A stretch of 64,000 nt of DNA from Mobula hypostoma. Taxonomy: Eukaryota. The DNA lies in the NCBI RefSeq assembly GCF_963921235.1, contig NC_086097.1, positions 204,292,001 to 204,356,000 on the forward strand. The letters are read 5' to 3'. This document shows positions 49,064 through 62,108 of this stretch, in pieces. Position 1 is the stretch's first letter. Each line of letters starts with the position of its first letter. The notes under the pieces are model-generated. The model saw only the letters and a list, made by a program, of their open reading frames with translations. It searched no databases and was not told the DNA's origin. Both the position numbers and the translations under genes were made by a program.

Positions 49064-51126
49064 AATAATTACTATTAGCAGGTAAAATCAAGGAAAATAT
49101 AAAGAATTGTCCTTAATGATAAAAAAAATACTGAAAAAAGTAAGGTCCAAAAATGTACCCTGAGTATAGAGAAAAAAGTTCTGGATAGCAAACTGTACAG
49201 TTGTTTCTCATACATATGTCATATTTCCTTATATAAGAGAGAATTCAGCCCTGAAAGTCTACGCCAACTCTCAGAACAACCCATCAGTCACTTTCCCCCA
49301 GTTTATATCTCCTTGTCACCTATTTTGGTGGACATGATCATCAACTCCCCCTCTCTGCTATTCACTGCAATAGGAGGTTATATATAACAGCCAATTTAAT
49401 CCACTAGTATGAGGGCAAACGGAGCAGCAAAGAAAGACTCATGCAGTGGTAGGGGAAGTGTGCAAGTTCCACTCTGGCAGCACTGGAGGACAGGACTGAT
49501 CAGTGCAGCTGAGTGGCGGCAGTGCTACCTGCCCACTGCACTGCTCTGCTGCCCTCCCTTCCCTGCCCCAGAGAAGGTGCTCAATAATAACTTGCGACAA
49601 CCTTTGTAAAGAATGATGCCAACGTGGTATTGCAGAAAAAAAGTGCAAGATATTGGATGGCATAAATGAAAGTGACATTATGAAGCATTTATTGCCTTTG
49701 AAAATGAGAAACTTGTCAGGCCTGAAGAAATATATCTCAGGCTTTTAAAAGATAAAACAGGAAGAAATTGTGGGACTCTGAGTGCAATTTTTCCAATCCT
49801 CCCTGTCTACCAGTGTGGCTCTTAAGGATTGGAGGATCGCTAATGTAGTTTTGTACGAAAAAGGCTGAAGAAATCAACCAGATAGTTACAAACTATCCCA
49901 TTTAGCTGTTGGGACGGACAAGCTACCAGGGTCCATTCCAAGTGACAATATAAACCCCATTTAGGTCTGCGCAGATCAATCAAGGAGAGCCAGCATGGAC
50001 TTGTTAAGGAAATACATTTCTGACAGAAAATTGAAATTTTTGAAGAAGTAGCAAGAAGGATCAGTGACAGTAATGCATTGGAGTGGTGTAAGTGGGTTTT
50101 AATCAGGCTTTTGACAAGCTCCACGTGGCAGACTAGTCGAAGTGTAAAAGCTTTGGGAACCAAAGGGCAAGTGGCCAGTCGAATCCAAAATTGCCTCTGT
50201 GGCAGGAAGCAAAAGAGTGATTTTCTTTTTGTGACTGGAAGGCTGTACTGTGGGGTTCCATAGCACTCAGTATTAGTTCCTGTGTTTTAGTTTTGTATAT
50301 TATTGATTTTGACCTAAATTTAGGAGGCACTACAAAAAATTTGCAAGTCAAACCATTAGTCATTTGGTTGACGGTGATAAGAAGGCACTGGGCTGCAGGA
50401 TGATAGAGATGGTCTGATCACTTGAGCAGAAAAAATGTTAAGTAGAATTTAATTTAGAAAAAATGTGAGATAAGACATCTATGGAAGACAAACAGATCAA
50501 GGAAAGATGGGGCATACTGAGTGATATGAAGGGACAACAAAACCTTCCAAATACATCCAAAGATTCTTTAGGGTTAAGGATTCTTTAGGATTATTTTATG
50601 GAGTGTTTAATTTATTTTCCAAACATAGAAAATAGCATTAAGAAGGCTGTGCTAGAATTGTATTTGACCCCATAGTTGACTTCCGGTTAATTCCAAGTGT
50701 GGAAATCAGAGATAAGTTGAACTGTTGGAGGTTCTTTATGGAATGGAACCCTCAAAGCTAATCACCTTTTGGCCCACTGTTCACATTTATAACTAATAAT
50801 AGCAAACCTCTAATATTTATTTCAGATAGTAACATGGTTGTGAAATAAAAGAGTGTACACCTGGATACTATTTGATAGAGGCTCATGGTATCAAGTATAA
50901 TGTCTTTGCAGTATTATTGCTGGGTAAAATATCAGAAGAGTCACTAATATCTGAATACATACTGGGAAAAGAGAAACCAGAGATACTCATTCCATTATTT
51001 ATTATGTCTGAATAAATACATTTATTATGGTAAAAAGAAAGATGCTCTCTGTCAGTATTCCAATCTGGGCATGGAGCAAGTCAGATCTGCCTTATCATAA
51101 AGTTGGTAAATTCTCTCTGCAATGTA

Positions 51127-51654
51127 CAGTCAGTGGCCACTTTATTAGATACCCCCTGTACCTAATAAAGTGGCCACTGAGTGCATATTTGTGTTCTTCT
51201 GCTGCTGTAGCCCATCCACTTCAAGATACGTTCAGAGATGCTCTTCTGCATACTGCTGCTATAACCCATGGTTATCTGAGTTACTGTAGCCTTCCTGTCA
51301 GCTTGAACCAGTCTGGCTATCCTCCTCTCTCATCAAAAAGGTGTTTTCGCTCACGCTGGATGCTTTTTTTTTTGCACCATTCTTGTAAACTCTAGAGACT
51401 ATTGTGTGTGAAAATCCCCAAGATCAGCAGTTTGAGATACTGAAACCAACTGGTCTAGCAGCAATGCTCATTCCACATCAGAGCCACATAGATCATATTT
51501 TTCCCCCATTCTGATGTTTGATGTGAATTACAACTGAACTTCTTGACCATGTTTGTATACTTTTATGCAGAGTTGTTGCCATGTGATTGGCTGATTAGAT
51601 ATTTGCATTAATGAGCAGGGGTACAGATGTACCTTTCAAAGTCGCTATTGAGTG
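51127..51654 (-). mobile_element. Non-autonomous Tc1-derived element with three TIR copies
   Basis: Reverse-complement homologue of 6855-7373; TA at 51125-51126 and 51655-51656; extra inverted TIR at ~51158-51183. Confidence 0.8.
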
Positions 51655-53029
51655 TATACTTGAACTATTATGTCCAGGAGACTTTTGGGTTTCAATAAGG
51701 TGGTGACCAAAGGCCACAGGTTTAGATTATTTGATAAACTGGATGTGACACAAGGAAGACACTTCTCACACGGAGAGTTCTTTTGATTTAGAAAGTGGCA
51801 CCCAAAAGGACAGTGAAATCAAATTCAATAATAACATTCAAAAAAATGAATGAAATATACAATATATTTAAATGTAAAATATTTGAAGGACTGCTGGGAA
51901 GCAAAAAAGCAGTGGTGTAGGACTAATTAGGCAAATCCTTCAAAATCTGGCAGAGGCAGGGAGAACTTAATGGCCTTTTCTGTGTTATCATACTCTACAG
52001 TGTGAACCTGTTCCATTTCTCACATCAGGGATCTTTAAAATCTTATTGAATCTGAAAATTAGAGCTGAATTCCAAACAGCTTTCCCTGTTAATTTGTATC
52101 CTGTAGGATAAGGCTTCCCAGACAACAGTCTGATTTGAATTCAAACCCACTTTAATCTTCACCTTCATGAATATCACATGAAGCTGAATTGTAACAATGC
52201 CTATTCATTATAAAAATATTTCCTCAGTACTTTTATAAAAATGGGCAATGATCTAATAATATCTGGAATGAGAAAAAGTAATAACGTGATAATTTGCTTT
52301 GATTTACAGATCTTTATGAAAATGGAAGCAACTAGATTTCAGTGCTAATTTTACTAGCTTTTCAGCTTTTGGGTATAATTTACAAAAGAAAATCAATTTA
52401 AAGTTAAATGTAACTTCCACGGGACTCAAGCTGTGAAACAGAACTAGAAGAATTTGAAGATTAGATTCAGGAGAAGTACCTATACCAATTGTTCGAAATA
52501 ATAACATTTTGATAAAAGCTACTGCATTGTACTGCAAGCCTTAAGCTTTGCAGAACCTGTGGGTTAATTCTCTTCCTCATAAGGGCAATTAGTAGTGATT
52601 TTTCTATCATCAGAACATTGTTTCTTCAAGGTAGTCTTCTTTCTAAAAGGCAGCTTTTCAGAATCGAGCTTATTTCCACTCTCGTTGTGTCGGTTCTGAG
52701 GTGAACAGCAGACTCTTTCATAGATGGGGCAGGAGGCGACTGATGTAAGCTGTGAGGTGGTCCTCTCCTTCACTTCTAATTCGGGGCCTCTGTGTTCTCC
52801 CAATACATGGCCTTGAGATTGTCAATTACCCTTCTCCAATTTGAGATGCCATGGACTGGAGGTCCTCAGGAGTCAGTGGGGATATTGTATTTCTTCAAAG
52901 ACTTTGAACACAATCTTCAGACTTTTCCACTGCCCACTTATAATCCTCCACCTCAGCCCCACCATGGTACAGCTTGGAACACAGTGTGTGATTTGGGGTT
53001 TTGATATGTGAATGATGAGGCTTGCCCAA

Positions 53030-53160
53030 TAAGACCATAAGCTATAGAGTTTGGCCCATTGCGTCTTCTCCGCCATTTCCTTATGGCTGATCCATTTTTC
53101 TTCTCAGCCCCATTTTCCTGCATTCCTCCCACATCCCTTCATGCTCTGACCAATCAAGGT
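53030..53160 (-). mobile_element. CR1 3' tail
   Basis: Similar to 28250-28400. Confidence 0.65.
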
Positions 53161-53792
53161 AACATAACTAAGGCTTCAGTAATGGCAATGATACCCTGAG
53201 AGAAGACATTAATATTGGTTCATTTGTCCTTCCAGTGGAGTGCAAAGACTGCGCTAGCGTTATTTTTCAAGCCTCTTGTAATGATACTGTAGGTAGTCCA
53301 GGTCTTATAGGACAGATTATCATTGTCTGGTACAGTAGATCATAATTTTTGTACTAGGTCTGATTTCTTGAACATCAATATTTTTTTCTTTCATTAAGCA
53401 AACATTGTGTTGCCTCATTGAATGAGATGGTGAGTCTCAACAACAGATGTCTTTTACTTGGGTAACTCACAATGGACAATCAATAGTCGTAGGCTCAAAG
53501 AGACCTTTCCACTAAAACATTCTATGCTGATCTAATTCTTTTTCTTAATCTGCTAGTGGTCTTCATAGGCACTTCTGTCAATGGGTCTTATATCTCAGTT
53601 AAGCAAAGGTTCGGTTTTATAATACTCATCCTTGGTTTCAAGTCAATTGTTTATCTCAGTACTGTTTGATTCTGTTTACTCTTTGATCTGCACTTCTCCA
53701 CTTGAGTTTGTCTAACTTTGCCGTTAAGATTTTAAACTGAAATTTTCCCTGAAAACTCTTACCTCTTCACAATTCTTTTATGCTTGCTTACC

Positions 53793-55048
53793 TGTCACAA
53801 TGGGGGGTGTTGGGAACAGACCCAAATGCAAGACACAGACACTGAAGTACAAGGAACAGGACTTGACTAGAGTAGGGACGTGACAGGATACAGACAAGGA
53901 GCAGGGACAAGAACACAGACTTGGACTAGGACTTGACTAGGAAAGCGGGACCTGGACAAGGAACTAGGAACAGGATCCTGGGCTTGGACTCTTGAGCCAC
54001 AGACTGGACAAGGACCTGGAACCTGGGTCTTGCCTTGGGCTCGAACCCCAGAACTAGGCAAGGACATGACATGGTTTCAGGACAGGATGTGGCTGGGGTC
54101 TTGAGGCTTGAGCTTGGAGACAGGCTGGGGTCCTGGCTCTTGAGGCCTGCAGGCTGAGAGTTGGGGTCTTGGAATGCAGAGGCTGATAACTCAGAGGCTG
54201 GAGCTCAGAGACAGACTAGGAACTGTACATCAACATAGAGCCGGGACTTATCCTTCAAAAAGCCAGGATTCATCTTTAAAACAACACTGACATGAGACTG
54301 GACAGATCATAGATATAGAGCTGGTACTTATCCTTAGACAAGCCAGGACTCAACTTCATCTCCACACCAAGGTGGGACAGGTCCCTCCATCAGGAAACAG
54401 CAGAACAGCCTGACTTACCCCACAGAGGCAAGGACAAGACAAATCCCCCCAAAGGGCAACAGCAGAACAGCCTGACTTACCCCAGAGGCAAGGACAAGAC
54501 AAATCCCCCCCAAAGGGCAACAGCAGAACAGCCTGACTTACCCCAGAGGCAAGGACAAGACAAATCCCCCCCAAAGGGCAACAGCAGAACAGCCTGACTT
54601 ACCCCACAGAGGCAAGGTCAAGAAGAGACAACACCAAAGAACAGACAGTTCCATCTCTACATCAGGGTCGCTCTGAGTCACAGTTACAGCCAGCAACCTA
54701 AGCTGGCTATGGAAACAGCTGGATCCCTACCTAACTCAGAGTGGCTGACAGCCACTCAGCTGGCCCAGGAATCCATACCTCAAAGACAGCTCCAACTACT
54801 GACAGCAAGGCTCCATGAAGCAATGGTTTTCTAACACAGCCTAAAGAGGGCAAGTGGCCACTCTAGCCTGCCACCAGCAGGTTGCTCCCAGGGAATCTTG
54901 ACAAGACAAACCAGCAGCCCACAGTCATCCCCAAGGCTACTTATATTTCAAGCCCCAAGATGGGAATCAGGTGCCTATGATTAACTCAGCCAAAACAAGG
55001 GACAGCTGGAAGACCCGGAGTCCTGAATCCACGGACCGGACCATGACA
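53793..55048 (-). mobile_element. Solo LTR (Gypsy-type), 1256 bp
   Basis: TGTCA...TGACA termini; perfect 5-bp TSD TTACC (53788-53792 / 55049-55053); strand inferred from a TATA-like motif near 54940. Confidence 0.9.
54396..54622. repeat. Minisatellite of ~61-62 bp, about 3.6 copies, inside the LTR
   Basis: AACAGCAGAACAGCCTGACTTACCCC(AC)AGAGGCAAGGACAAGACAAATCCCCCCAAAGGGC, head to tail. Confidence 0.95.
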
Positions 55049-56076
55049 TTACCATTATTTCAGACCGAACCTTTGGTTATCTGGCCTCCCATGTTCGACA
55101 CAGCTTTGTGTCTTTTGTTTTGTTAAAAGCACTTTTAGTTGAACTTGACCTAACAGGCTGACGTGATACTTAAAATATTTAGGTTAATAAAGATACCATA
55201 TTCCAGTAAAACAGAAGAAAACAAAAGGGGAATTAAATAAATAAGTAAGAAAACTATTAGTAAATACACAAAGTGTTAAGGATTTATTCAGAGATGGGGA
55301 GTGAACTGGCAGTCAAATTCCTTGAGTAGGCAGTTTATTGTACTGTACCATTTTCAAGAATTAGCAGCATTTTATTTATGTATACCCTTACACAGATGTT
55401 AACGTTCATCTGAACTATTGGTTCAAGGAGATGAGACCATGTTTGATATTTGATTTGTTGGATGAAGAAATATTTGCTATGGAAGAAGTTATTAACTTAG
55501 AAGCATCCCTGTGGGTTTCTTCAGTTTGCAATTACTCGATGTATACCTTTAATATGTGATAATAACAGTTAAGTAGAGAAATCATAATTTTCCGCTTTTT
55601 GATTTCCATCCAGTGAGCTGAATAATTAGGTAAGGATTATATTCCACTATCTTCTCATCCTTAAAATCAGTAGTTGCTACTGAAGCTGTCATATTGTGGA
55701 AGTACTGCTGGTCCTTGTCGGCGATGAATGTAGTTATGCCAAATGAATCAAATATTTTGAAGTGGTGATCTTCGACTGAGCCTGAAGCACCTTTATTGAT
55801 TGAGTCCTATTGTGTGTGATTTATTTTAATGCAGAAGTATTCCTGATAATTTTTGCTTGAATGCAGTAAACCTCAATTTTAAAGAGATTTTTTTCCTAAA
55901 TTTGGAAGAGAATAATAATGTCTAAATACTAGCTTATTTGTAGTGAGGCATTCCTTTTTGGTGCTGCCTTGACATTTGCCTTGTATTAGGTTTCAGCAGA
56001 AGATGTGATACGAGTATAGTTGAAACAATACTCGAATTATCAGATTTTGTTAGAATAAGCTTTCTTTCACAAAATA

Positions 56077-57717
56077 CAGTGCCTATAAAAAGTATTCACC
56101 CCCCCACCAGAAATTTTCATGTTTTATTGTTTTACAATGTTGATTCACAGTGGATTTAATTTGGCTTTATTGACACTAATCAACAGAAAAAGACCCTTTT
56201 GTGTCAAAGTGAAAACAGATTTCTACAAAGTCTTCTAAATTAATTACAAATAGAAAATACCAAATAATTAATTGTTTAAGTATTCACCCCCCCCCACCCT
56301 TTAAAATGAAGCACCAAATCATCACTGGTGCAGCCAATTTATTTTAGAAGTCACATAATTAGTTAAATAGAGATCTGTTTTTTTTTGAAACCTGTATGTA
56401 GTCAGGGTGTTTCAATTGATAGTAGTAAAAATACACATGTACTGTATAGGGAAGGTTCAACAGCTGATTAGTCAGTACATTGGCAAAATTTACACCATGA
56501 ACACAAAAGGACACTTCAAGCAACTCCGCAAAAAGGTTATTGAAAAGTACAAGTCAGGAAATGGATACAAGAAAACTTCCAAGTACTGAATATCCCTTGG
56601 AGTACAGTTAAGTTAATCAAGAAATGGAAAGAATATGGCACAGCTGTAAATCTGTCTAGAGCAGGCCATCCTCAAAAACTGAGTGACTGGGCAAAAAGGG
56701 GACTAGTGAGGGATGCCATCAAGAGACCTATAATAACTCTGAAGGAGTTACAAGCTTCAGTGATTGAGAAGGGAGAGTCTGCGCATACAACAACTGTTGC
56801 CGGGGTTACATCTTTATGGGAGAGTGGCAAAAAGAAAACCATTATTGGAAAAGAAAACTCACATGAAATCTTGGCTAGAGTTTGCAAGATTCTAGAGTTG
56901 GGAGGTTCTGAAGTCAGCTGGAAGAAGTTTCTATGGTTTGATAAAACCAAAATTGAGCTTTTTGGCCATTAGACTAAACACTATGGTTGGCGTAAACCAA
57001 ACACTGGACATCATCAAAAACACATTCCCTATCTTGAAGCATGGTGGTGACTGCATCATGCTGTGGGGATGCTTCACTACAGCAAGCCCTGGAAGACTTG
57101 TGAAGGTAGAGGGTCAAATGAATGCAGCAAAATGCAGGGAAATCCTGGAAGAAAACCTGATGCGTTCTTCAAGGGAACTGTGACTTGGGAGAAGTTTTGT
57201 TTTCCAGCAAGACAGGCCCCAAGCATAAAGCCAAAGCTACCCGGGAATGGTTTAAAAACCATTTAAAAGTTAATGTCGTGGAGTGGCTAAGTCAGAGTAC
57301 AGACCTCAATCCAACTGAGAATTTGTGGTTGGACTTGAAAAGGGTTGTTCAATCATAATCCCCATGCAATCTGACAGAGCTTGAGCAGTTTTGTAAAGAA
57401 GAATGGGGAGAATTGCGGTGTCCAGATGTGCAAAGCTGATAGAGACCTATCCACATAGACCCAAGGCTATAATTGCTGCCAAAGGTGTATCTACTAAATA
57501 CTGACATGAAGGGGGTGAATACCAATGCAATCAATTATATTGTGTTTTGTATTTGTAATTCATTTAGATCACTTTGTAGAGATCTATTTTCACTTTGATA
57601 GTGAAGAGTCTTTTTCTGTTGATCAGTGTCCAATTTTGTAAATTGGATTCAATGTTGTAAAACAATAAAACATGAAAACTTCCGGGGGGGGGCGGTGATT
57701 ACCTTTTATAGGCACCA
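56077..57717 (+). mobile_element. Tc1 DNA transposon of IR/DR type, full length, transposase disrupted
   Basis: TA-CAGTGCCTATAAAAAGTATTCACCCCC left end and matching right end; inner repeats at ~56278 and ~57511; transposase relic ~56498-57504 ([40 protein letters not shown]). Confidence 0.92.
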
Positions 57718-59694
57718 CAGATAGAGATTATGTCATTGTGCCTGCCTGAATAACTCTTCTGCCAACAGAGTTCACGAGGAGGTGCTCACAACTCCTTAAA
57801 GAACGGCAGGGCAGACTCGATGGGCCAAATAGGCCTAATTCTGCTCCTATGGTCTCTGGAAAGGGGCTTGTTTTGCTGTTGTTGTCATTATTGCTGTGTT
57901 CCTGCTTAAACACTGTGGGCATGCCGTGTTGATGCTGGAATGTGTACAAAGACTTGTGGGCTGTCCTAGCAACTAACTGGCAGTTAATGCAAATGACGCA
58001 TGTCACTGCATGTTTCAAGGTACATGTGGTAAGTAAATCTAAATCGGATCCTTTGGGCACATCTTCAGTTTATGAATCTATGTTTTGCTATTGCAAATAG
58101 TAAGCCACTGTCTACCCATAGAAATGCATTGTGCATGAATACTTACAAACGCACTTGCCCTCCCCCCCCCACAGCCTGTGTGAATTATGAAATTTTGTTT
58201 TTTGTTGATTTTTTTAAAAACACATTCCTTTAGTAAAATGAGGAATACCCATATAAGGAAATATATTAAAAAAATGAGAACATGGGAGAAACTTCATAGA
58301 GAATTAATGATCCCTTTTTATTTGGTAAAACTCTTAAGATTCTGTGTAAGCATCACACCATTCCAGCTGTATCTGCACCAAGAGACCTCAGTGAGTTCTG
58401 GGTCATTGATGTAGCTATGGATCTTCACAGCCAGAGATGCTCTCGTTTCAGAGAAGCTCATCAAGTTATTTACTGTTACCTTGCTCTGTGATTACATGAG
58501 CCACAGATTCATTTGAAACTGATTCTTCATTGAATCTCAGGAGGAACCCCTGTCCCTGTGGGCTTTTTCTATTCTATATATGGTACTTTCCTTACGAAAG
58601 GAAAACTGGATGCAAAGCAGAAATAGCTGCCGGTTATACAACAGGCCAATTAATCTTAGTGCCTTTGAAGTTGTGAAAAAAGGTTGCAATTCGGTCAGGC
58701 AGAGATGCAGGACGTTGTAAGCAGCTGGCAGAAGACAGATGGAATTGTTAACAAAGAACTGGCTGCTAAACTGAGTGAGGGACAAAATGGGGAAAGGTAA
58801 CAATTGTAAAGCTTGGGGTAACTAGTTATGGGGAAAGAAGCAGACATTGAGCATAAGTAAATGTGAGAGTAAGTGATCCCACCACAAATATAACTCTGAA
58901 AGGAGAGAGCACCATGTTTTACGTAGTAATTAAGCATGTAAGCTATTTATGAATATAGTGGAGCAGAACTCCAGTGGTGACCAGACTTTCAAGTTCTTAG
59001 CTAATTTGTGAGTCACCATCAGCTAACACAACTTCTCAAGTGAACAATATTTCTTATTCTCCAAAATGAATATCAGACTTTTTATCTACCATTTCCAATA
59101 ATGCAGTTGGATCTGAAGAAGTCGCAGAATCCTTGCAATACCACTCTCCATCATTTACGTGATATTGTGTTGGAATATCATTTCACAGATTGATTGTGAC
59201 CTTTTCCCACACATCACAATCTCAGAGATACTTCAACAACATTTGGCCAGTAGCCACGTCTTACAATTATAACTGATATTCTATTTCTATTATACCGACA
59301 AGAATGCAAAATTCTAGCACTTCTGCAGACCTATCAAAGTAATTGTTACTGGTCGGGATGAGCACAGTAGAAATACAATCTCACATTTAAAGAAGAAAAG
59401 AATGATTAATTCCATCAAAATCACATTGATCTATGTTGGAGCATGTACTTTGTGTCACATGTGTGTAAGTACAGGTTCATTTTTATTTCACTGAGATTGT
59501 CAATGAGTTACAAGTATTAGTGGATGTTGTTACTTGTAATTATCAATAACTGAATTTTGATTTTTGTGGTAAACTTGTGGAATGCTTCTGAGAAAAAAAA
59601 TGAGCATCAGATAAAAACTATATCAGTAAGAATTTTACTTTAACAGTTTTACTCAAACGATGAAATCATTTGTGGTTTTACCGTAAATATAGAA

Positions 59695-60800
59695 CAATAG
59701 AACACTATTGTTCAGAAGCAGGTCCTTCGGCCCAACTAGTCCATGCTGAACCATTAATCTATTAATCTGCCTACACCCTTTGACCTGCGGTATATCCCTC
59801 CATACCCCTACCATTATGTATCTATTGAAATTTCTCCTAAATGTTTAAATTAAACCTTCATCCATCACTTCTGCTAGCAGTTTGCTCCACACTTTCATCC
59901 ACATCTAAGACTACTAGTTTTAGTCTTGCCCAACCTCAGTGGAAAAAGCCTACTTGTATTTACCCTGTCTATATCCCTCATAGTTTTGTATCCCTCCATA
60001 AAATCTTCCCTCATTCTCCTATGTCCTAGGGAATAAAGTCATAACTCCGTCAACTTTCCCTATAACTTAGGACCTCAAACATCCTTGTAAATATTCTTTG
60101 CACTTTTTCAATCTTATTGACGTCCTTTTTGTAGTAGATGACCAAAACTGCACATAATACTCCAAACTAGGACCTACCAATGTCATAAACAATCTCAACA
60201 TAACATCCCATCTCCTGTACTCTATGAGGTGTGATTGATAAGTTCATGGCCTAAGGTAGAAGGAGTCAATTTTAGAAAACCTAGCACATTTATTTTTCAA
60301 CAAAGTCCCCTCCTACATTTACACACTTAGTCCGGCGGTCGTGGAGCATATGGATCCCTTCTTTGTAGAAGTCGGCATCTTGGACCTCCAGAAAAGTGGT
60401 CAGCAGCAGGGGTGATTGATAAGTTTGTGGCCTTGGGTGGAAGGAAATGAGTTACACAGCTCTCGTTACATACACGTAGAGCTCAACTCTTTGAGTGAAA
60501 ATGCAGAAAGTTTGAAGTTAATAACTCATCTCCTTATTTTCCAGAATTTTGATATAGATGATAAACAATAATGGACTCAGCATCGATACCTGTGGCACAC
60601 TGCTATTCAGAGAGGCAACCATCTATTACCACTCTTTGGCTTCTCCAGCAAAACCAATGTCTAATCTAATTTATTACTTCATCCTGAATGCCAAACAACT
60701 GAATTTTGTGACCAACCACCCATGTGGGGCCATGTCAAAGTCAGTATAAACAACATCCACTGTATTGCCTTCATCAACTTTCCTGGTAACTTCCTCAAAA
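59695..60800 (-). mobile_element. CR1 3' region, decayed and interrupted
   Basis: Reverse complement gives KVDEGNTVDVVY, LEYYVQFWSS and the 3' UTR with an (ATAGAAC)n tail. Confidence 0.75.
60225..60535. mobile_element. Mariner-type MITE, right end truncated
   Basis: TA-TGAGGTGTGATTGATAAGTTCATGGCCTAAGGTAGAAGGA, repeated at ~60409-60446; interrupts the CR1 relic. Confidence 0.55.
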
Positions 60801-60939
60801 GACTTTTCAAGTCAATGCATTGGTCAATGCATTTATTGCAATGCTGACTTGCTTCCCATGGCTCTGCAACAGGAAATGAGAGTCTGAGTGGGAGTGCCGA
60901 GGAAGACATTTTTGAAATTTTCGTTATTTTTTTTCTCCA

Positions 60940-61130
60940 ACGGCGTTCTGAGAGGTGGGACTGCGCAGGCGTGTGACGTTGGGCAGTGCAGCGCGGCATA
61001 TTTAAAAGGAACAGAGCCTCATACAGCGGGCAGCGTAGTTTGCGGGCGGCGGAGTGAGTCGGGAGCAGAGTGAAGGCTTAAGGGCTTCGGCTCAACGGGC
61101 TTAGGCGGAAACGGGCGAGGCGAGGAAGGT
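60940..61130 (+). promoter_or_regulatory. CpG-rich putative CR1 promoter / 5' UTR
   Basis: Dense CpGs against a CpG-poor background; TGCGCAGGCG, TGACGT and TTTAAAAG motifs upstream of ORF1. Confidence 0.5.
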
Positions 61131-61171
61131 TTGGTATTCATTTTCTGTTGTTATTTGAGGAGAGGGGCAGT

Positions 61172-62108
61172 ATGAGTGTGAGGGCAGTTTGCTGTTCTCG
61201 GTGTAGGATGTGGGAGGCCCTGGAGTCTCCAAGCCTCCCGGACGTCTACATCTGCGCCAAGTGCATCGAGATGCAGCTCCTAAGGGACCGCATTACGGAA
61301 CTGGAGCTGCAGCTCGATGACCTTCGTGTGGTCAGGGAGAGTGAGGAGTTGATAGAGAGGAATTGCAGGCAGGTGGTCACGCCGGGGCCAGGGGAGGCAG
61401 ACAAGTGGGTCACGGTTAGGAGGGGGAAGAGGAAGAGTCAGGTAATAGCGAGTACCCCGGTGGCTGTGCCCCTTAACAATAGGTACTCCTGTTTGAGTAC
61501 TGTTGGGGGGGGACAGCTTACCCGGGGGAAGCGACAGTGGTCTTGCCTCCGGCACAGAGTCTGGCCCTGTAGCTCAGAAGGGTAGGGAAAGGAAGAGGAG
61601 GGCAGTTGTGATAGGGGACTCGATAGTAAGGGGGTCAGATAGGCGATTCTGTGGACGCAGTTCAGAGACCCGGATGGTAGTTTGCCTCCCTGGTGCCAGG
61701 GTCCGGGATATTTCTGATCGTGTCCAAGATATCCTGAAGTGGGAGGGTGAGGAGCCAGAGGCCGTGGTACATATAGGTACCAATGACATAAGGAGGAAAA
61801 GGGATGAGGTCCTGAAAGGAGAATATAGGGAGCCAGGAAGGGAGTTGAGAAAAAGGACCGCAAAGGTAGTAATCTCGGGATTACTGCCTGTGCCACGTGA
61901 CAGTGAGAGTAGGAATGCGATGAGGTGGAGGATAAATGCGTGGCTGAGGGATTGGAGCAGGGGGCAGGGATTCAAGTTTTTGGATCATTGGGACCTCTTT
62001 TGGCACAGGCGTGACCTGTACAAAAAGGACGGGTTACACTTGAATCCTAGGGGGACCAATATCCTGGCAGGGAGATTAGCGGGGGCTTCTGAGGTGACTT
62101 TAAACTAG
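61172..62108 (+). CDS. CR1 ORF1p (zinc finger, coiled coil, SGNH esterase) with one frameshift in a G8 run at 61505-61512
   Basis: ORFs 61148-61585 and 61503-62108 join into a homologue of 259-1197 (GDSIVRG, HIGTND, DGLHLN). Confidence 0.88.

Larger units (their letters stand above)
47700..50660 (+). mobile_element. Very old CR1 ORF2 relic with nested SINEs and a Penelope palindrome
   Basis: Collinear degenerate motifs IAITE, YKF.RRDR, SGP.EIYLRLLK, ESQHGLV, GVP..SVL. Confidence 0.6.

Noticed and set aside
52564..52803. 79-aa hydrophilic minus-strand ORF
   Set aside because: No true ATG, no recognisable family, no clear exon boundaries.
54396..54622. CRISPR-like regular repeats
   Set aside because: Units are head to tail with no unique spacers, lie inside a TSD-bounded LTR, and there are no cas genes.
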